DNA of 64,000 nucleotides from a bacterium (GTDB lineage: Bacteria; CLD3; SB21). The translations under genes and the position numbers were made by a program. Shown here piece by piece: positions 58,637 to 64,000 of this stretch. Location of the stretch: assembly GCA_016787925.1 (NCBI GenBank), contig JAEUSK010000248.1, positions 26,908 to 90,907 of the forward strand, in the 5' to 3' direction. Within the stretch, counting starts at the first letter, position 1. Each line of letters starts with the position of its first letter. The notes below the pieces were generated by a model that worked only from the letters and a program-made list of their open reading frames with translations, did no database searches and was not told where the DNA came from.

Positions 58637-60121
58637 TCAAAATGCAAATTCGACTTCCACTTGTTTGGTAAAATATCGGTTATAAATATAATTAGTCTTG
58701 GCTTCTATTCGAATCTTATATAATCCGGGTTGCGCTGTCGAGTGTGGTAAAGCCGTTATTCCGGAATCCTTTGGAGCGCCATGTCCAATAAAAGAAGATG
58801 AATCAGCCGCTAATCTGCGTTTGAGAACATCGTTTGGAAAAATACCGCTAACCGTTCCTTGGACCAACTGACGATTCCATACGAGAGAATTGTTTCCGAC
58901 AGAAAATGATTTATTCAGGCACAACAATCCTACGGGACTGTTTTTGTCGTCAAAAATTCTCGCGGTTATTTTCGAGTGTTCTGTCAGCATAAAATCAAAT
59001 CTGATTGAACTATCTTGAAGCGATATCTTCAAATCGATAATATCAGTTCCGATATGAAAATATTGTGCACTCTTCTTATCATTGATAAATACTTGTCCGT
59101 AATTCCTTCCTATAGCGATGCCCCGGGGCTCGAAAAACTGATTATCTCCGTCGCCAATGTTTCCAAAACGTGCAATGTAGTTCAAGTGTCTGTCAAACTT
59201 GTGCACGCAGTGATTGAACATGTCCGTGACCCAAATGTTTGAATAGTAATCAACCGCAACGGAAGTTAAATACACCTGCTGATAACCGTAATCCGTTGAG
59301 TTAACCCCTGCAATAAATTGTCCGTCCGGAGTTAGCTTCCGAATACGGGTATTATTCAGATCGATGACCGTTATGAATTCTTCTTTAAAAAACAAATCGT
59401 TCTCCGTCGGATCGGCGAAAGCTATTGCGTCAGGCCGAACCATGGACACCGCAAGGCCCGTCGAATCATTCTTATCTCCTAAGGCATATAGAAATTTCAT
59501 ATTTTTATCAAATACCTGAATACGGTCATTGCCGGTGTCCGTGACGAAGATTCTTCCATCCGTTCCGAGCGCAATCCCGCTTGGCTCGTTGAATTCAGCC
59601 GGTTTAGACCCTCTTTTTCCAAAGGCATCTACGAAGGTGAGGTAACTGCCCGGATTCAATAATTTTACGACACGGTTATTGCCCGAATCGGCGATGTAGA
59701 CATCCCCGTCGGAATTACAGGCTATGCCGCGGGGTTTTCGTAATTTTTGTTTTGGTCCTTTTCCTTCGTATATATCAATACTCTGCATTGAACTGTTAAA
59801 GATAATGTTATTTTGTCCGGAATTAACTCCATAGACGGTGAGATCATCATCGTCGTTTCTATTCTGAGGATCATCCGTGCTTTTTAACCTCGTCGCGGCA
59901 AGGCCCTGTGGATCATCTGGAGTGACGTCGGTTCTTCCAATCAATGCCATAAATGCGAACAGATGCACAGCGGTTGCTTTGTGCAGCGGGGCGTGGCGAG
60001 ATGGAGGATAAACCAGCGTCGTAGCTTCACGGACTCTTTTTGTAATAGTTTCCTGAGTCGACACAGAAGCCGCCAATCCGAAAAGAAGAATATAAATCTG
60101 AATACAGCGCATTATTGGCAT
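58637..60121 (-). CDS. secreted NHL-repeat beta-propeller protein with C-terminal beta-sandwich
   Basis: The signal peptide is MPIMRCIQIYILLFGLAASVSTQ. The NHL-like blades are VYIADSGNNRVVKL; IFVTDTGNDRIQVFD; VTDMFNHCVHKFD; VFINDKKSAQYF. Confidence 0.6.
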   Translation of the reverse strand: MPIMRCIQIYILLFGLAASVSTQETITKRVREATTLVYPPSRHAPLHKATAVHLFAFMALIGRTDVTPDDPQGLAATRLKSTDDPQNRNDDDDLTVYGVNSGQNNIIFNSSMQSIDIYEGKGPKQKLRKPRGIACNSDGDVYIADSGNNRVVKLLNPGSYLTFVDAFGKRGSKPAEFNEPSGIALGTDGRIFVTDTGNDRIQVFDKNMKFLYALGDKNDSTGLAVSMVRPDAIAFADPTENDLFFKEEFITVIDLNNTRIRKLTPDGQFIAGVNSTDYGYQQVYLTSVAVDYYSNIWVTDMFNHCVHKFDRHLNYIARFGNIGDGDNQFFEPRGIAIGRNYGQVFINDKKSAQYFHIGTDIIDLKISLQDSSIRFDFMLTEHSKITARIFDDKNSPVGLLCLNKSFSVGNNSLVWNRQLVQGTVSGIFPNDVLKRRLAADSSSFIGHGAPKDSGITALPHSTAQPGLYKIRIEAKTNYIYNRYFTKQVEVEFAF

Positions 60122-60230
60122 CGTACTTACATAATTTGGTTTTTTGCGGGTTTGAAATTAGACGAATCAATTACTATTTGCAAGTTCTAAAAATTAATTA
60201 TATTATTGGAATAATAATTATCGAATATCG

Positions 60231-60806
60231 TTGAAACAAACGGCTTTACGAATGACAGCAAAAGATTTTGAAGAACAGGCGATGCCTCACGCCGATTCTT
60301 TATATAATACGGCTTTGAGGTTGACTCGGAATCCGTCGGATTCTGAAGATCTTGTTCAAGAAGTATTTTACAAGGCCTTTCGGTCTATTAACCAATTCGA
60401 AGCAGGGACCAATATGCGGGCGTGGCTTTTTAAGATATTGGTTAATACGCATATCTCGCAATACCGGAAAACGGCAAAGGACCCGTCGGTCGCGGGATAC
60501 GATGATATTGAAGAGTTCTCATTATACGGGCAAGTTCACAGCCGTTCCAGTTCTTTAACCGATTCGCCTGAAAGCATTCTGGACCGTTTTTTGGATGAGG
60601 ATATCCGAAAGGCCATCGATAAGTTGCCGGACCAGTTTAGGGATGTGGTCATGCTGGTAGACATCGAAGGGTTTTCATACAAAGAAGCGTCGGATATTTT
60701 GGACGTTCCCGTTGGTACGATTATGTCGCGCTTATTCAGAAGCCGGAAATTATTGCAGAAGTATCTTTGGGAATATGCCGTAGAATACGGTTACGTCAAA
60801 CCATAA
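60231..60806 (+). CDS. ECF-type RNA polymerase sigma-70 factor
   Basis: Region 2 reads EDLVQEVFYKAFRSINQFE...RAWLFKILVNTHI. The region 4 HTH reads YKEASDILDVPVGTIMSRLFRSR. Confidence 0.8.
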   Translation: MKQTALRMTAKDFEEQAMPHADSLYNTALRLTRNPSDSEDLVQEVFYKAFRSINQFEAGTNMRAWLFKILVNTHISQYRKTAKDPSVAGYDDIEEFSLYGQVHSRSSSLTDSPESILDRFLDEDIRKAIDKLPDQFRDVVMLVDIEGFSYKEASDILDVPVGTIMSRLFRSRKLLQKYLWEYAVEYGYVKP

Positions 60807-60832
60807 TAAAATTGAATTCTAAAGGAAATCTC

Positions 60833-61132
60833 ATGAAGACACCAAATGGTAATGAAACCGATCTTCACGCTCACGACCATACCCTCAAATGCGGGGAAGT
60901 CGTTCATCGTGTCTATGCCTTTTTGGACGGGCAGATGAATTTAGACGATGTGCTGGTTTTTAAGGATCATTTAAAAGTATGTTTGCCTTGTCAGGCATAC
61001 GTACAGTTCGAAGAAAAACTGATCAACATGATTAAGTCAAAAAGCTGTAACGACGAAACAAAAATACCTGCTACACTGATGGATAAAATAAAGAAAGCGA
61101 TTGAAGTGTCTAATCTGCCTCCCAAGAGCTGA
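60833..61132 (+). CDS. zinc-binding anti-sigma factor (ZAS family, HxxxCxxC), soluble
   Basis: AAAGGA lies 7 nt upstream of the ATG, which is 26 bp after the sigma-factor stop. C..(H)..KDHLKVCLPC is the HX3CX2C ZAS motif, together with an upstream Cys. No TM helix is present. Confidence 0.6.
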   Translation: MKTPNGNETDLHAHDHTLKCGEVVHRVYAFLDGQMNLDDVLVFKDHLKVCLPCQAYVQFEEKLINMIKSKSCNDETKIPATLMDKIKKAIEVSNLPPKS

Positions 61133-62767
61133 TCACCGCCATCCTTGCGCAATAGGCAATCTTCTTCCGAAACCGAACGCCTTTGTCGTAACTCTTAGAC
61201 CCGGAGCCGCTTGCCTGCGTTTATATTCGTTATGATCCACCAACTTAAGCACTTGTTTTACAATTTTTTCATCATATCCTAATTGAATAATTTCCTCTTC
61301 TTCCCGCATATTTTCTATGTATGCCTCCAAGATACCATCGAGCAAATCATACGGAGGCAGAGTATCCTGGTCAGTCTGGTTCGGCTTGAGTTCTGCTGAT
61401 GGCGGTTTAATGATCGTATTACGTGGAATGATTTCCTTTTCTCTGTTGATCCATCGGGCAATGCGATAGACCATCGTTTTTGGAACATCACTGATGACTG
61501 CTAAGCCGCCGCACATATCTCCATAAATAGTGCAGTAGCCGACTGCTAACTCGGATTTGTTGCCTGTGCTTAACACCATAGCATTTAATTTATTTGATAA
61601 AGCCATCAAGATATTTCCGCGTAACCGCGCCTGAATATTTTCTTCGGTAATGTCTTCGGGCAGATTCTCAAATTGTGGATGTATGGATTCCAGAAATGCA
61701 TTAAACATGGATTCAATTGGAATAGAACGGTATTCAATTCCCAGATTGGTAGCCAGTCTTTTCGCGTCGTCCTTGCTATGCTCGGATGAATATCTCGATG
61801 GCATTGAAACACCTATAATATTCTCTTTACCCAGCGCTTCGACTGAGATTGCTGCGACTAATGCCGAATCGATTCCGCCGCTTAGGCCGATGATCGCTTT
61901 CTTGAATCCGCATTTACTCATATAATCGCGTATCCCCAAGGCAAGCGCTTCATAGATCTGTTGTTCATCAGGGGCTGTCCAGCCATTTGAAATAACGCGA
62001 TTGGCTTCGATATCAACTACAGTCAGTTCCTCTGCAAAGGACTGAGCCTGAGCCAAAAGTTGTCCTTCTGCATCCAGAACAAAACTACATCCATCAAAAA
62101 TCAGGCTGTCATTTCCGCCGACCAGATTCACAAATGCGCAAGGGATATGGTATTTTTGAGAAATGCTCTTGAACATATTTAACCGGAGATTGCTTTTATT
62201 GACATGAAAAGGGGATGCGGATACATTGATAAGGATATTTGCACCTTGATTGATTAACTCCTCAATCGGATCTGAGTGGTAGAGCCGTTGTTTCCAAAAA
62301 TCTTTATCATTCCAGCTGTCTTCGCATATACCTATGCCCAAATTCATTCCCCGGAATGGAAATACTTTTTTTTCTTTAGCCGGTTCGAAATGGCGCATTT
62401 CATCAAAAACATCGTAATTTGGCAACAGGGATTTGTGTTGGATTCCGATAATTTTACCGTTCTCCATCAGAGCTGCGGCATTGAATACACGATGGCCCTC
62501 CGGATTTTCATTGGGCGAGACGAATCCGCATAAGACGCCGATGCCGTCGGTATGTTTCAGTATTTCGTCCAGTGTCTCCGCATTCCTCTGAACAAATATC
62601 TTCTTTTCGACAAGATCTTCCGGTGGATACCCGCAAATGCTGAGTTCCGGAAATACGGCCAGGTCGGCCTGCGCTTTACGTGCCCGATGTATGAAGTCGA
62701 TAATCCGGATGGAATTATTTTTTAAATCGCCGACGCGGGTGTTGATTTGTGCGAGAGCTATTTTCAT
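61133..62767 (-). CDS. nadE: glutamine-dependent NAD+ synthetase (N-terminal CN-hydrolase/glutaminase domain plus C-terminal NAD synthase)
   Basis: The N-terminus has the ALAQINTRVGD..FPEL..GYPPEDL nitrilase-fold motifs. The C-terminus has the GLSGGIDS PP-loop. Confidence 0.9.
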   Translation of the reverse strand: MKIALAQINTRVGDLKNNSIRIIDFIHRARKAQADLAVFPELSICGYPPEDLVEKKIFVQRNAETLDEILKHTDGIGVLCGFVSPNENPEGHRVFNAAALMENGKIIGIQHKSLLPNYDVFDEMRHFEPAKEKKVFPFRGMNLGIGICEDSWNDKDFWKQRLYHSDPIEELINQGANILINVSASPFHVNKSNLRLNMFKSISQKYHIPCAFVNLVGGNDSLIFDGCSFVLDAEGQLLAQAQSFAEELTVVDIEANRVISNGWTAPDEQQIYEALALGIRDYMSKCGFKKAIIGLSGGIDSALVAAISVEALGKENIIGVSMPSRYSSEHSKDDAKRLATNLGIEYRSIPIESMFNAFLESIHPQFENLPEDITEENIQARLRGNILMALSNKLNAMVLSTGNKSELAVGYCTIYGDMCGGLAVISDVPKTMVYRIARWINREKEIIPRNTIIKPPSAELKPNQTDQDTLPPYDLLDGILEAYIENMREEEEIIQLGYDEKIVKQVLKLVDHNEYKRRQAAPGLRVTTKAFGFGRRLPIAQGWR

Positions 62768-62860
62768 AAGTTATTTAGAATACTTTTGTATGGGTTTCAA
62801 TAAAAAAATCCGACTTTAAATAAAAATCGGATTCTCAAAAAAAATATTTATCAAACATTA

Positions 62861-63283
62861 TCAATTACGGACGACATCAATGACTTTTCCGCCGACACGA
62901 AACTCGGAAAAAGCAGGGTCAATTTCAATGGGTTCAAGTTCTGAATTGGCGGGCTGAAGAACGATCTTCGAGCCTCGTTTGTAAATACGCTTGACGGTAG
63001 CCTCCTCATTGACATAGGCGATAACGATATCTCCATTGACAAATTCCGTCGTATACTTCACAACAATATAGTTTCCGTCATAAATCCCGTCTTCGATCAT
63101 GCTGTCACCGACGATCTGAAGCGCAAAAATATTCTTGTTCCTAGCCATGTCTTTTGCCGGCATCGAAGTCAAAAATCCCATGTCCACGTTTTCAGAGAAT
63201 CTTGGCGTTCCTGCGGCAACTTTGCCAAGAATGGGAATGCCGGTGGGATCATTATCCGTTACGTAATTTAGATTATTTTCCAT
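62861..63283 (-). CDS. LexA/UmuD-like S24 peptidase domain protein lacking an N-terminal DNA-binding domain
   Basis: Ala-Gly cleavage-site context is at GKVAAGTP, catalytic Ser at VGDSM, and catalytic Lys at ATVKRIYK. Only 19 residues precede the cleavage site, so there is no winged helix. Confidence 0.65.
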   Translation of the reverse strand: MENNLNYVTDNDPTGIPILGKVAAGTPRFSENVDMGFLTSMPAKDMARNKNIFALQIVGDSMIEDGIYDGNYIVVKYTTEFVNGDIVIAYVNEEATVKRIYKRGSKIVLQPANSELEPIEIDPAFSEFRVGGKVIDVVRN

Positions 63284-64000
63284 ATTCGAGTTCTCGCATT
63301 AATTTGGAAAATAAGAGTTCATTTTGTTTTTTTATACGAGATAGGTGCTCTAACAGACGATTGTCTTTATTTAATTTACAAAATTTTGATAGAAAAGCAA
63401 GCTGTTTTTCGTCACTCGGCAATTTATTGGACTTACGCTCACATGCCAAATAGTTAAAGACTTCCAATTCACGTAAAAAAGAGTAGTTTTGGTCCAAGAC
63501 TTGAGCGTCATCGTCTGAAATTAATGATATATCTTGAAGCAATCGAAGCGCCCGCAGCGTATTCTCTATTTGAAGTACATGATGGGTTTTTCCAAATTTC
63601 ATTTGATACGCCTGAATGACATATTCAATATCGAGTAATCCGCCTCTGGAAAACTTTAAATCGTGTATGCTGTCGGATATAGTTTTTATTTTTTCCTTTG
63701 TTTGCTTTTGCCTCATGTCAATAATAGCCTGTATTTCATTCTCTGTAAAGTCTTTATCATAAACGATTTTTCTGAACAGTTGCCGCAACTGTTCGCTTAA
63801 CAATTTTGCTCCGCATATAAATCGCGATTTGATCAGCGCCTGCCTTTCCCAGAACATGGCGCGGCTATCAAAATAACTCTCATATCGGGATAAGGTGACA
63901 ACAAGCGGGGCCTGTTTACCTTCGGGCCTGAGCCTCGCGTCTATTTCATAAAGCCTGCCGCGAGGTGTTATTTCCATGATCCGCCGCAGAAAATCTCTGG
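63273..64000 (-). CDS. GlnE-like (glutamine synthetase adenylyltransferase family) nucleotidyltransferase domain protein; N-terminus lies beyond the window end
   Basis: The frame is open to position 64000. YEIDARLRPEGKQAPLVVTLSRYESYF..AMFWERQALIKSRFICG matches the GlnE/GlnD DxRLRPxG...WERxAxxKxR signature. Confidence 0.6.
   Translation of the reverse strand, partial: RDFLRRIMEITPRGRLYEIDARLRPEGKQAPLVVTLSRYESYFDSRAMFWERQALIKSRFICGAKLLSEQLRQLFRKIVYDKDFTENEIQAIIDMRQKQTKEKIKTISDSIHDLKFSRGGLLDIEYVIQAYQMKFGKTHHVLQIENTLRALRLLQDISLISDDDAQVLDQNYSFLRELEVFNYLACERKSNKLPSDEKQLAFLSKFCKLNKDNRLLEHLSRIKKQNELLFSKLMRELEYGK

Noticed and set aside
60231-60251. TGAAAC just after the annotated sigma-factor start as an ECF -35 box
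   Set aside because: It lies inside or at the start of the coding sequence, so it cannot be a -35 element for this gene.
1-64000. CRISPR arrays, tRNA/rRNA genes, transposases/integrases, prophage structural genes
   Set aside because: I saw no regularly spaced direct repeats, no tRNA T-loop/acceptor patterns in intergenic regions, and no recombinase, transposase, terminase, capsid or tail signatures in any ORF translation.

Overview
This 64-kb window is bacterial chromosomal DNA with a GC content of roughly 43-45% and dense coding on both strands. I found no rRNA, tRNA, CRISPR array, transposase or integrase. The organism looks like a member of the FCB group, for three reasons. One protein carries a Por/T9SS C-terminal sorting domain, there are short FlgD-Ig-like C-terminal domains, and a hybrid histidine kinase has a beta-propeller plus Y_Y_Y sensor.

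The housekeeping anchors I am confident of are mutL, miaA, single-chain L-serine dehydratase, cyclophilin PPIase, Ctp-type S41 protease, pyruvate kinase, der/engA, 3-hydroxybutyryl-CoA dehydrogenase and nadE. There are also partial genes at both window edges: a Ser/Thr kinase with PEGA domains at the 5' edge and a GlnE-like nucleotidyltransferase at the 3' edge.

Between these anchors sit several lineage-specific blocks. (1) A kinase-headed four-gene operon ends in an 8-TM protein with an HExxH motif. (2) An accessory-looking patch at 16.7-20.5 kb holds four small secreted proteins, separated by GC-rich, hairpin-rich spacers. One of these ORFs is bracketed by a 21-bp inverted repeat. Next to the patch lies a partial duplication of the PPIase gene's 3' end. 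(3) An NHL beta-propeller gene is translationally coupled to a 1192-aa outer-membrane-type protein. (4) A six-gene minus-strand operon has CcmF and CcmH but lacks CcmB, CcmC, CcmD and CcmE. (5) A signalling supercluster contains a sensor adenylate cyclase, two tandem hybrid histidine kinases sharing a recently duplicated HisKA-HATPase-REC-REC module, and a stand-alone receiver. (6) An SPFH/NfeD pair is present. (7) Two tandem small di-haem lipoproteins resembling cytochrome c peroxidase are followed by a porin-like protein, a CarboxypepD_reg-like protein and a TPR lipoprotein. (8) An orphan SMC/RecN-like ATPase has a degenerate C-terminal head. (9) An ECF sigma factor and a ZAS-type (HxxxCxxC) anti-sigma factor lie divergent from an NHL-Dabb pair. 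(10) A LexA/UmuD-like S24 peptidase has no DNA-binding domain and no umuC partner.

I cannot match any block to an established defence or biosynthetic system. The candidates most worth testing as previously undescribed modules are the NHL plus giant outer-membrane protein pair, the reduced Ccm operon, the di-haem lipoprotein and porin module, and the orphan SMC-like ATPase. All calls rest on my own motif reading of the ORF translations; no database search was possible.
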